A stretch of DNA of 64,000 nt, from assembly GCF_003334355.1 (NCBI RefSeq), contig NZ_QOWP01000003.1, one strand, 5' to 3'. Position numbers and translations under genes: made by a program. The stretch is from Escherichia coli. GTDB taxonomy: Bacteria; Pseudomonadota; Gammaproteobacteria; Enterobacterales; Enterobacteriaceae. Below, piece by piece: positions 1 through 9,264 of this stretch. Numbering within the stretch: position 1 is the stretch's first letter; each line of letters begins with the position of its first letter. The notes beneath the pieces were generated by a model, which saw only the letters and a list, made by a program, of their open reading frames with translations, was not told the origin of the DNA and ran no database searches.

Positions 1-140
1 TGGCGGTGGTTGGCGGGCTGTTATGCGTTCTGTTACTGGCAATGGTCGGCTGGAAAAGTCTCTATGCGCTGATCATGCTGGCGGGGTTATGGCTGTTGCT
101 GCCAAAACGAAAAACGCCGGAAAATGGCATAACCACATAA
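1..140 (+). CDS. yjeH: YjeH-like amino-acid exporter, C-terminal fragment (5' end outside window)
   Basis: Frame open from the window edge to TAA at 138-140; translated tail ...VGWKSLYALIMLAGLWLLLPKRKTPENGITT is hydrophobic then basic, as at the end of a membrane transporter; convergent with fxsA as in E. coli. Not in the ORF track because no start lies inside the window. Confidence 0.7.
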   Translation, partial: AVVGGLLCVLLLAMVGWKSLYALIMLAGLWLLLPKRKTPENGITT

Positions 141-155
141 TCCGGCGTTTCGACA

Positions 156-632
156 TTAATCCTGGCGATCGTCTTTATGATCAAGGCGGTCGCGCTCATC
201 ATCCTTTCGCTGGTACTCACCATCAAAAGTATTACCGCCACCGGTCCCGGCGCTAAAACCGCCGCCAGGCATGCGAGAAAAGCGCAAATGCGGCATCAAC
301 TTCACTGTCAGATGCTTTTGCACCGGCGGCAATAAAAGTAGAAGACCGAGGAAGTCGGTAAAAAAGCCCGGTAATAAAAGCAGCAAACCAGCAATGATCA
401 GCGAAACACTTTTAATCATCTCCGCCGCTGGGTTTTCACCCGCCGCCATTTTTTGCTGCATCAGCACGAAATTCTTAAAGCCCTGGTTACGTACCAGTGA
501 CATACCGATAACTGACGTGAATATAACCAGCACGAGGGTCAGCAATACCCCCAATACATGGGCAACCTGAATAAAGATTGAAATCTCAATATAGACATAA
601 AGGAAAATGGCAATAAAAGGTAACCAGCGCAA
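156..632 (-). CDS. fxsA: FxsA, inner-membrane protein (suppressor of F-plasmid exclusion of phage T7)
   Basis: ORF track 158 aa; hydrophobic N-terminal half and charged tail (RKDDERDRLDHKDDRQD); recognised as FxsA; divergent from aspA. Confidence 0.9.
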   Translation of the reverse strand: MRWLPFIAIFLYVYIEISIFIQVAHVLGVLLTLVLVIFTSVIGMSLVRNQGFKNFVLMQQKMAAGENPAAEMIKSVSLIIAGLLLLLPGFFTDFLGLLLLLPPVQKHLTVKLMPHLRFSRMPGGGFSAGTGGGNTFDGEYQRKDDERDRLDHKDDRQD

Positions 633-766
633 AGGTTTCTCCTGTAATAGCAGCCGGTTAACCTCGGCTACCTGAATGGGTTGCGAATCGCGTTTAGCTT
701 ATATTGTGGTCATTAGCAAAATTTCAAGATGTTTGCGCAACTATTTTTGGTAGTAATCCCAAAGCG

Positions 767-781
767 GTGATCTATTTCACA
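767..781. promoter_or_regulatory. Crp/Fnr-family-like site (GTGATCTATTTCACA) in aspA upstream region
   Basis: Matches TGTGA-N6-TCACA well (GTGA-tctatt-TCACA), about 190 nt upstream of aspA ATG; aspA is known to be CRP/FNR controlled. Coordinates approximate. Confidence 0.4.
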
Positions 782-968
782 AATTAATAATTAATGGGTA
801 AAAACCGACACTTAAAGTGATCCAGATTACGGTAGAAATCCTCAAGCAGCATATGATCTCGGGTATTCGGTCGATGCAGGGGATAATCGTCGGTCGAAAA
901 ACATTCGAAACCACATATATTCTGTGTGTTTAAAGCAAATCATTGGCAGCTTGAAAAAGAAGGTTCAC

Positions 969-2405
969 ATGTCAAACAACATTCGTATCGAAGAAGATCT
1001 GTTGGGTACCAGGGAAGTTCCAGCTGATGCCTACTATGGTGTTCACACTCTGAGAGCGATTGAAAACTTCTATATCAGCAACAACAAAATCAGTGATATT
1101 CCTGAATTTGTTCGCGGTATGGTAATGGTTAAAAAAGCCGCAGCTATGGCAAACAAAGAGCTGCAAACCATTCCTAAAAGTGTAGCGAATGCCATCATTG
1201 CCGCATGTGATGAAGTCCTGAACAACGGAAAATGCATGGATCAGTTCCCGGTAGACGTCTACCAGGGCGGCGCAGGTACTTCCGTAAACATGAACACCAA
1301 CGAAGTGCTGGCCAATATCGGTCTGGAACTGATGGGTCACCAAAAAGGTGAATATCAGTACCTGAACCCGAACGACCATGTTAACAAATGTCAGTCCACT
1401 AACGACGCCTACCCGACCGGTTTCCGTATCGCAGTTTACTCTTCCCTGATTAAGCTGGTAGATGCGATTAACCAACTGCGTGAAGGCTTTGAACGTAAAG
1501 CTGTCGAATTCCAGGACATCCTGAAAATGGGTCGTACCCAGCTGCAGGACGCAGTACCGATGACCCTCGGTCAGGAATTCCGCGCTTTCAGCATCCTGCT
1601 GAAAGAAGAAGTGAAAAACATCCAACGTACCGCTGAACTGCTGCTGGAAGTTAACCTTGGTGCAACAGCAATCGGTACTGGTCTGAACACGCCGAAAGAG
1701 TACTCTCCGCTGGCAGTGAAAAAACTGGCTGAAGTTACTGGCTTCCCATGCGTACCGGCTGAAGACCTGATCGAAGCGACCTCTGACTGCGGCGCTTATG
1801 TTATGGTTCACGGCGCGCTGAAACGCCTGGCTGTGAAGATGTCCAAAATCTGTAACGACCTGCGCTTGCTCTCTTCAGGCCCACGTGCCGGCCTGAACGA
1901 GATCAACCTGCCGGAACTGCAGGCGGGCTCTTCCATCATGCCAGCTAAAGTAAACCCGGTTGTTCCGGAAGTGGTTAACCAGGTATGCTTCAAAGTCATC
2001 GGTAACGACACCACTGTTACCATGGCAGCAGAAGCAGGTCAGCTGCAGTTGAACGTTATGGAGCCGGTCATTGGCCAGGCCATGTTCGAATCCGTTCACA
2101 TTCTGACCAACGCTTGCTACAACCTGCTGGAAAAATGCATTAACGGCATCACTGCTAACAAAGAAGTGTGCGAAGGTTACGTTTACAACTCTATCGGTAT
2201 CGTTACTTACCTGAACCCGTTCATCGGTCACCACAACGGTGACATCGTGGGTAAAATCTGTGCCGAAACCGGTAAGAGTGTACGTGAAGTCGTTCTGGAA
2301 CGCGGTCTGTTGACTGAAGCGGAACTTGACGATATTTTCTCCGTACAGAATCTGATGCACCCGGCTTACAAAGCAAAACGCTATACTGATGAAAGCGAAC
2401 AGTAA
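969..2405 (+). CDS. aspA: Aspartate ammonia-lyase (aspartase)
   Basis: ORF track 924..2405; recognised AspA N-terminus [24 protein letters not shown] begins at ATG 969 (codon 16 of the track ORF); 478 aa; fumarase/aspartase family motifs ([10 protein letters not shown]). Confidence 0.96.
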
Positions 2406-2429
2406 TCGTACAGGGTAGTACAAATAAAA

Positions 2430-2460
2430 AAGGCACGTCAGATGACGTGCCTTTTTTCTT
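2430..2460 (+). terminator. Intrinsic terminator after aspA
   Basis: Perfect 9-bp stem GGCACGTCA/TGACGTGCC with 2-nt loop followed by TTTTTTCTT, about 25 nt after aspA stop. Confidence 0.7.
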
Positions 2461-2522
2461 GTGAGCAGTAACTTAAAAATAACAATCTAATATCAACTTG
2501 TTAAAAAACAAGGAAGGCTAAT

Positions 2523-3824
2523 ATGCTAGTTGTAGAACTCATCATAGTTTTGCTGGCGATCTTCTTGGGCGCCAGATTGGGGGGAATAGGTATTGGTTTT
2601 GCAGGCGGATTGGGGGTGCTGGTTCTTGCCGCTATTGGCGTTAAACCCGGTAACATCCCGTTCGATGTCATCTCCATTATCATGGCGGTTATCGCCGCTA
2701 TTTCTGCCATGCAGGTTGCTGGCGGTCTGGACTATCTGGTTCATCAGACAGAAAAGCTGCTGCGCCGTAACCCGAAATACATCACGATCCTCGCACCGAT
2801 CGTGACCTATTTCCTGACTATCTTTGCTGGTACTGGCAACATCTCTCTGGCGACACTGCCAGTTATCGCTGAAGTTGCGAAGGAACAAGGCGTTAAACCT
2901 TGCCGTCCGCTGTCTACTGCAGTGGTATCCGCGCAGATTGCGATCACCGCATCGCCAATCTCAGCGGCAGTGGTTTACATGTCTTCCGTGATGGAAGGTC
3001 ATGGCATCAGCTACCTCCATCTGCTCTCCGTGGTCATCCCGTCCACCCTGCTGGCGGTTCTGGTGATGTCCTTCCTGGTCACTATGCTGTTCAACTCCAA
3101 ACTCTCTGACGATCCGATTTATCGCAAGCGTCTGGAAGAGGGCCTGGTTGAACTGCGCGGTGAAAAGCAGATTGAAATCAAATCCGGTGCAAAAACGTCC
3201 GTCTGGCTGTTCCTGCTGGGCGTAGTTGGCGTGGTTATCTATGCAATCATCAACAGCCCAAGCATGGGTCTGGTTGAAAAACCGCTGATGAACACCACCA
3301 ACGCAATCCTGATCATCATGCTCAGCGTTGCAACTCTGACCACCGTTATCTGTAAAGTCGATACCGACAACATCCTCAACTCCAGCACCTTCAAAGCAGG
3401 TATGAGCGCCTGTATTTGTATCCTGGGTGTTGCGTGGCTGGGCGATACTTTCGTTTCCAACAACATCGACTGGATCAAAGATACCGCTGGTGAAGTGATT
3501 CAGGGTCATCCGTGGCTGCTGGCCGTCATCTTCTTCTTTGCTTCTGCTCTGCTGTACTCTCAGGCTGCAACCGCAAAAGCACTGATGCCGATGGCTCTGG
3601 CACTGAACGTTTCACCGCTGACCGCTGTTGCTTCTTTCGCTGCGGTGTCTGGTCTGTTCATTCTGCCGACCTACCCGACGCTGGTTGCTGCGGTACAGAT
3701 GGATGACACGGGTACTACCCGTATCGGTAAATTCGTCTTCAACCATCCGTTCTTCATCCCGGGTACTCTGGGTGTTGCCCTGGCCGTTTGCTTCGGCTTC
3801 GTGCTGGGTAGCTTCATGCTGTAA
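2523..3824 (+). CDS. dcuA: Anaerobic C4-dicarboxylate transporter DcuA
   Basis: ORF track 433 aa, polytopic membrane protein; recognised as DcuA; paralogous to the dcuB ORF at 20557 (shared [11 protein letters not shown](I/V)S motifs); immediately downstream of aspA. Confidence 0.95.
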   Translation: MLVVELIIVLLAIFLGARLGGIGIGFAGGLGVLVLAAIGVKPGNIPFDVISIIMAVIAAISAMQVAGGLDYLVHQTEKLLRRNPKYITILAPIVTYFLTIFAGTGNISLATLPVIAEVAKEQGVKPCRPLSTAVVSAQIAITASPISAAVVYMSSVMEGHGISYLHLLSVVIPSTLLAVLVMSFLVTMLFNSKLSDDPIYRKRLEEGLVELRGEKQIEIKSGAKTSVWLFLLGVVGVVIYAIINSPSMGLVEKPLMNTTNAILIIMLSVATLTTVICKVDTDNILNSSTFKAGMSACICILGVAWLGDTFVSNNIDWIKDTAGEVIQGHPWLLAVIFFFASALLYSQAATAKALMPMALALNVSPLTAVASFAAVSGLFILPTYPTLVAAVQMDDTGTTRIGKFVFNHPFFIPGTLGVALAVCFGFVLGSFML

Positions 3825-3833
3825 TGATCAATC

Positions 3834-3860
3834 GCGGGGCGTTCACGCCCCGCTTTCTTT
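3834..3860 (+). terminator. Intrinsic terminator after dcuA
   Basis: GC stem GCGGGGCG/CGCCCCGC with TTCA loop, followed by TTTCTTT. Confidence 0.65.
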
Positions 3861-3939
3861 CCCGCCGACTAACATCCTTCCCCCGTCCGTTGTATAGTGA
3901 CCTCTCTCTTGCGGTTCCATCTGTTCTTGCGAGGTGTTT

Positions 3940-4278
3940 ATGCTTGATGAAAAAAGTTCGAATACCGCGTCTGTCGTGGTGCTATGTACGGCACCAGATG
4001 AAGCGACAGCCCAGGATTTAGCCGCCAAAGTGCTGGCGGAAAAACTGGCGGCCTGCGCGACCTTGATCCCCGGCGCTACCTCTCTCTATTACTGGGAAGG
4101 TAAGCTGGAGCAAGAATACGAAGTGCAGATGATTTTAAAAACTACCGTATCTCACCAGCAGGCACTGCTGGAATGCCTGAAGTCTCATCATCCATATCAA
4201 ACCCCGGAACTTCTGGTTTTACCTGTTACACACGGAGACACAGATTACCTCTCATGGCTCAACGCATCTTTACGCTGA
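3940..4278 (+). CDS. cutA: Divalent-cation tolerance protein CutA
   Basis: ORF track 3934..4278 (GTG); recognised CutA sequence [21 protein letters not shown] starts at ATG 3940; 112 aa; 3' end overlaps dsbD start. Confidence 0.92.
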
Positions 4279-5951
4279 TCCTGCTACTTTGCAGCACTTC
4301 CGTTTTTGCCGGATTATTCGACGCGCCGGGACGTTCACAATTTGTCCCCGCGGATCAAGCCTTTGCTTTTGATTTTCAGCAAAACCAACATGACCTTAAT
4401 CTGACCTGGCAGATCAAAGACGGTTACTACCTCTACCGTAAACAGATCCGCATTACGCCGGAACACGCGAAAATTGCCGACGTGCAGCTGCCGCAAGGCG
4501 TCTGGCATGAAGATGAGTTTTACGGCAAAAGCGAGATTTACCGCGATCGGCTGACGCTTCCCGTCACCATCAACCAGGCGAGTGCGGGAGCGACGTTAAC
4601 TGTCACCTACCAGGGCTGTGCTGATGCCGGTTTCTGTTATCCGCCAGAAACCAAAACCGTTCCGTTAAGCGAAGTGGTCGCCAACAACGCAGCGCCACAG
4701 CCTGTGTCTGTTCCGCAGCAAGAGCAGCCCACCGCGCAATTGCCCTTTTCCGCACTCTGGGCGTTGTTGATCGGTATTGGTATCGCCTTTACGCCATGCG
4801 TGCTGCCAATGTACCCACTGATTTCTGGCATCGTGCTGGGTGGTAAACAGCGGCTCTCCACTGCCAGAGCATTGTTGCTGACCTTTATTTATGTGCAGGG
4901 GATGGCGCTGACCTACACGGCGCTGGGTCTGGTGGTTGCCGCCGCAGGGTTACAGTTCCAGGCGGCGCTACAGCACCCATACGTGCTCATTGGCCTCGCC
5001 ATCGTCTTTACCTTGCTGGCGATGTCAATGTTTGGCTTGTTTACCCTGCAACTCCCCTCTTCGCTGCAAACACGTCTCACGTTGATGAGCAATCGCCAAC
5101 AGGGCGGCTCACCTGGCGGTGTGTTTGTTATGGGGGCGATTGCCGGACTGATCTGTTCACCATGCACCACCGCACCGCTTAGCGCGATTCTGCTGTATAT
5201 CGCCCAAAGCGGGAACATGTGGCTGGGCGGCGGCACGCTTTATCTCTATGCGTTGGGCATGGGCCTGCCGCTGATGCTAATTACCGTCTTTGGTAACCGC
5301 TTGCTGCCGAAAAGCGGCCCGTGGATGGAACAAGTCAAAACCGCGTTTGGTTTTGTGATCCTCGCACTGCCGGTCTTCCTGCTGGAGCGAGTGATTGGTG
5401 ATGTATGGGGATTACGCTTGTGGTCGGCGCTGGGTGTCGCATTCTTTGGCTGGGCCTTTATCACCAGCCTACAGGCTAAACGCGGCTGGATGCGTATTGT
5501 GCAAATTATTCTGCTGGCAGCGGCATTGGTTAGCGTGCGCCCACTTCAGGATTGGGCATTTGGTGCGACGCATACCGCGCAAACTCAGACGCATCTCAAC
5601 TTTACACAAATCAAAACGGTAGATGAGTTAAATCAGGCGCTCGTTGAAGCCAAAGGCAAACCGGTGATGTTAGATCTTTATGCCGACTGGTGCGTCGCCT
5701 GTAAAGAGTTTGAGAAATACACCTTCAGCGACCCGCAGGTGCAAAAAGCGTTAGCAGACACGGTCTTACTTCAGGCCAACGTCACGGCCAACGACGCACA
5801 AGATGTGGCGCTGTTAAAGCATCTTAATGTCCTTGGCCTACCGACAATTCTCTTTTTTGACGGACAAGGCCAGGAGCATCCACAAGCACGCGTCACGGGC
5901 TTTATGGATGCTGAAACCTTCAGCGCACATTTGCGCGATCGCCAACCGTGA
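4254..5951 (+). CDS. dsbD: Thiol:disulfide interchange protein DsbD (DipZ)
   Basis: ORF track 4173..5951; recognised DsbD N-terminus [19 protein letters not shown] (signal peptide) at ATG 4254; 565 aa; periplasmic domain, 8 TM core, C-terminal thioredoxin-like domain with CVAC motif. Confidence 0.95.
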
Positions 5952-5987
5952 ACGACACTTGCAGTGGGAAAGACGGAGGAAAATAGC

Positions 5988-6563
5988 GTGCAACGTGAAG
6001 ATGTACTGGGAGAAGCCCTGAAATTATTAGAATTACAAGGGATTGCCAACACCACGCTGGAGATGGTTGCTGAACGTGTGGATTATCCACTGGACGAGCT
6101 ACGCCGCTTCTGGCCAGACAAAGAGGCAATCCTCTACGATGCGCTGCGTTATCTTAGCCAACAGATAGATGTCTGGCGTCGTCAGCTGATGCTGGACGAA
6201 ACGCAAACCGCCGAACAAAAGCTGCTGGCACGTTATCAGGCGTTATCGGAGTGCGTTAAAAACAACCGCTATCCGGGCTGTCTATTTATCGCTGCCTGTA
6301 CGTTTTATCCCGATCCTGGCCACCCTATTCATCAACTGGCCGATCAGCAAAAAAGCGCGGCCTACGATTTCACCCACGAACTGTTAACCACACTGGAAGT
6401 TGACGATCCGGCGATGGTAGCAAAGCAGATGGAACTGGTGCTGGAAGGCTGTTTAAGCCGAATGCTGGTGAATCGTAGCCAGGCGGATGTCGACACTGCA
6501 CATCGGCTGGCGGAAGATATCCTGCGCTTCGCCCGCTGCCGCCAGGGTGGTGCATTGACCTGA
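5988..6563 (+). CDS. yjdC: TetR-family transcriptional regulator YjdC
   Basis: ORF track 5964..6563; GTG at 5988 is preceded by GGAGGA and gives the 191-aa protein [31 protein letters not shown] (N-terminal HTH); GTG 5964 is the alternative start. Confidence 0.85.
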
Positions 6564-6669
6564 CAGAAACACAGAAAAGAAGCGATTTGCCGCAATCTTA
6601 AGCAGTTGAATCGCTTTTACTGAAATTAGGTTGACGAGATGTGCAGATTACGGTTTAATGCGCCCCGTT

Positions 6670-6745
6670 GCCCGGATAGCTCAGTCGGTAGAGCAGGGGA
6701 TTGAAAATCCCCGTGTCCTTGGTTCGATTCCGAGTCCGGGCACCA
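6670..6745 (+). tRNA. pheU: tRNA-Phe (GAA anticodon)
   Basis: 76-nt sequence GCCCGGATAGCTCAGTCGGTAGAGCAGGGGATTGAAAATCCCCGTGTCCTTGGTTCGATTCCGAGTCCGGGCACCA: acceptor stem, D-loop, anticodon loop with GAA, T-loop GGTTCGATTCC and encoded CCA. Confidence 0.95.
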
Positions 6746-6754
6746 AATTCATAT

Positions 6755-6784
6755 AAACGGACCTCCACGGAGGTCCGTTTTTCG
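6755..6784 (+). terminator. Intrinsic terminator after tRNA-Phe
   Basis: AAACGGACCTCC-ACGG-AGGTCCGTTTTTCG: perfect 10-bp stem followed by T-run, 10 nt after the tRNA 3' end. Confidence 0.8.
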
Positions 6785-7361
6785 TTTCAGGACGCCACGA
6801 TTTAAGCGTTCTGCCTCCAAATCAATTCTACCGAACTCAACCAGATTCTCCCCACATCACCAGCAATTTGCGGGCATATCCCAATTCGGGAAAATTTGTT
6901 CCTGAGCTATAGCACTAACTGACGTGAAATGTCGTGCGGCCCCGTGATGCTGTTGAACGTCAAATGACGTCATCAGGAGCGTAACGCATCCATAAAGCAC
7001 AACACCGGTCTGAACGGCGACTGATGAGATTTTCTGAATGAGAACAAAGAGAAATGTATCAGTTCGCTTGCTCATGCAAAGACTAACAATCCATTAAAAT
7101 AGTAAGTGCTCCGGACAATTTTCCATGGATTATTTTCTGAACATTTTTCTTTGGCAAAGATGATGAATTTTGATGGTAAGGAATATTACTTCTGGTTCTC
7201 AGTAAAATCCTTTCGTAATACTATGTAATCAAGAAGTTTATGGCTGGTAAAAATAACGTCTTGCATTCACCAATAATATGTAAATAAACCCATCTATAGA
7301 TGGTAAAAATAGGTTGTGGCAATTATCATTGCATCATTCCCTTTTCGAATGAGTTTCTATT

Positions 7362-8900
7362 ATGCAACAACCTGTAGTTCGCGTTGGCGAATGGCTTGTT
7401 ACTCCGTCCATAAACCAAATTAGCCGCAATGGGCGTCAACTTACCCTTGAGCCGAGATTAATCGATCTTCTGGTTTTCTTTGCTCAACACAGTGGCGAAG
7501 TACTTAGCAGGGATGAACTTATCGATAATGTCTGGAAGAGAAGTATTGTCACCAATCACGTTGTGACGCAGAGTATCTCAGAACTACGTAAGTCATTAAA
7601 AGATAATGATGAAGATAGTCCTGTCTATATCGCTACTGTACCAAAGCGCGGCTATAAATTAATGGTGCCGGTTATCTGGTACAGCGAAGAAGAGGGAGAG
7701 AAAATAATGCTATCTTCGCCTCCCCCTATACCAGAGGCGGTTCCTGCCACAGATTCTCCCTCCCACAGTCTTAACATTCAAAACACCGCAACGCCACCTG
7801 AACAATCCCCAGTTAAAAGCAAACGATTCACTACCTTTTGGGTATGGTTTTTTTTCCTGTTGTCGTTAGGTATCTGTGTAGCACTGGTAGCGTTTTCAAG
7901 TCTTGATACACGTCTTCCTATGAGCAAATCGCGTATTTTGCTCAATCCACGCGATATTGACATTAATATGGTAAATAAAAGTTGTAACAGCTGGAGTTCC
8001 CCGTATCAGCTCTCTTACGCGATAGGCGTGGGTGATTTGGTGGCGACATCACTTAACACCTTCTCCACCTTTATGGTGCATGACAAAATCAACTACAACA
8101 TTGATGAACCGAGCAGTTCCGGTAAAACATTATCTATTGCGTTTGTTAATCAGCGCCAATACCGTGCTCAACAATGCTTTATGTCGATAAAATTGGTAGA
8201 CAATGCAGATGGTTCAACCATGCTGGATAAACGTTATGTCATCACTAACGGTAATCAGCTGGCGATTCAAAATGATTTACTGGAGAGTTTATCAAAAGCG
8301 TTAAACCAACCGTGGCCACAACGAATGCAGGAGACGCTCCAGAAAATTTTGCCGCATCGTGGTGCGTTATTAACTAATTTTTATCAGGCACATGATTATT
8401 TACTGCATGGCGATGATAAATCATTGAACCGTGCCAGTGAATTATTAGGTGAGATTGTTCAATCATCCCCAGAATTTACCTACGCGAGAGCAGAAAAAGC
8501 ATTAGTTGATATCGTGCGCCATTCTCAACATCCTTTAGATGAAAAACAATTAGCAGCACTGAACACAGAAATAGATAACATTGTTACACTGCCGGAATTG
8601 AACAACCTGTCCATTATATATCAAATAAAAGCGGTCAGTGCTCTGGTAAAAGGTAAAACAGATGAGTCTTACCAGGCGATAAATACTGGCATTGATCTTG
8701 AAATGTCCTGGCTAAATTATGTGTTGCTTGGCAAGGTTTATGAAATGAAGGGGATGAACCGGGAAGCAGCTGATGCATATCTCACCGCCTTTAATTTACG
8801 CCCAGGGGCAAACACCCTTTACTGGATTGAAAATGGTATATTCCAGACTTCTGTTCCTTATGTTGTACCTTATCTCGACAAATTTCTTGCTTCAGAATAA
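7362..8900 (+). CDS. cadC: CadC, ToxR-like membrane-integrated transcriptional activator of cadBA
   Basis: ORF track 512 aa; N-terminal winged-helix domain, Pro/Ser-rich linker, single TM segment (FWVWFFFLLSLGICVALVAF), periplasmic sensor domain; recognised as CadC; directly upstream of cadBA. Confidence 0.95.
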   Translation: MQQPVVRVGEWLVTPSINQISRNGRQLTLEPRLIDLLVFFAQHSGEVLSRDELIDNVWKRSIVTNHVVTQSISELRKSLKDNDEDSPVYIATVPKRGYKLMVPVIWYSEEEGEKIMLSSPPPIPEAVPATDSPSHSLNIQNTATPPEQSPVKSKRFTTFWVWFFFLLSLGICVALVAFSSLDTRLPMSKSRILLNPRDIDINMVNKSCNSWSSPYQLSYAIGVGDLVATSLNTFSTFMVHDKINYNIDEPSSSGKTLSIAFVNQRQYRAQQCFMSIKLVDNADGSTMLDKRYVITNGNQLAIQNDLLESLSKALNQPWPQRMQETLQKILPHRGALLTNFYQAHDYLLHGDDKSLNRASELLGEIVQSSPEFTYARAEKALVDIVRHSQHPLDEKQLAALNTEIDNIVTLPELNNLSIIYQIKAVSALVKGKTDESYQAINTGIDLEMSWLNYVLLGKVYEMKGMNREAADAYLTAFNLRPGANTLYWIENGIFQTSVPYVVPYLDKFLASE

Positions 8901-9042
8901 GTAACTCCGGGTTGATTTATGCTCGGAAATATTTGTTGTTGAGTTTTTGTATGTTCCTGTTGGTATAATATGTTGCGGCAATTTATTTGCCGCATAATTT
9001 TTATTACATAAATTTAACCAGAGAATGTCACGCAATCCATTG

Positions 9043-9080
9043 TAAACATTAAATGTTTATCTTTTCATGATATCAACTTG
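9043..9080. promoter_or_regulatory. Pcad control region elements: palindrome TAAACATT-A-AATGTTTA and shared 13-mer TGATATCAACTTG
   Basis: Perfect 8-1-8 palindrome at about 9043-9059 and the 13-mer at 9068-9080, 185-220 nt upstream of cadB ATG in an AT-rich region; CadC is known to bind upstream of cadB but I cannot place the footprints exactly from memory. Confidence 0.4.
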
Positions 9081-9264
9081 CGATCCTGATGTGTTAATAA
9101 AAAACCTCAAGTTCTCACTTACAGAAACTTTTGTGTTATTTCACCTAATCTTTAGGATTAATCCTTTTTTCGTGAGTAATCTTATCGCCAGTTTGGTCTG
9201 GTCAGGAAATAGTTATACATCATGACCCGGACTCCAAATTCAAAAATGAAATTAGGAGAAGAGC

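Noticed and set aside
4173-4253. Upstream in-frame extensions of known genes in the ORF track (dsbD from 4173, cadA from 10640, lysU from 14552, melB to 25957, eptA from 33667, proP to 38833, phnE from 45612, phnI from 48114, phnJ from 49108, phnK from 50103, phnL from 50888, rpiR from 55873, alsE from 60386).
   Set aside because: In each case the recognised N-terminus (often a signal peptide or conserved start) begins at an internal ATG, and the extension overlaps the upstream gene, a REP element or a terminator.
6857-7075. 72-aa minus-strand ORF between pheU and cadC, considered as a possible integrase remnant or small gene.
   Set aside because: The translation shows no integrase-like motifs (no R..HxxR..Y catalytic-region features) and no SD; it lies in AT-rich promoter DNA. 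Left only as a check under the pheU finding.
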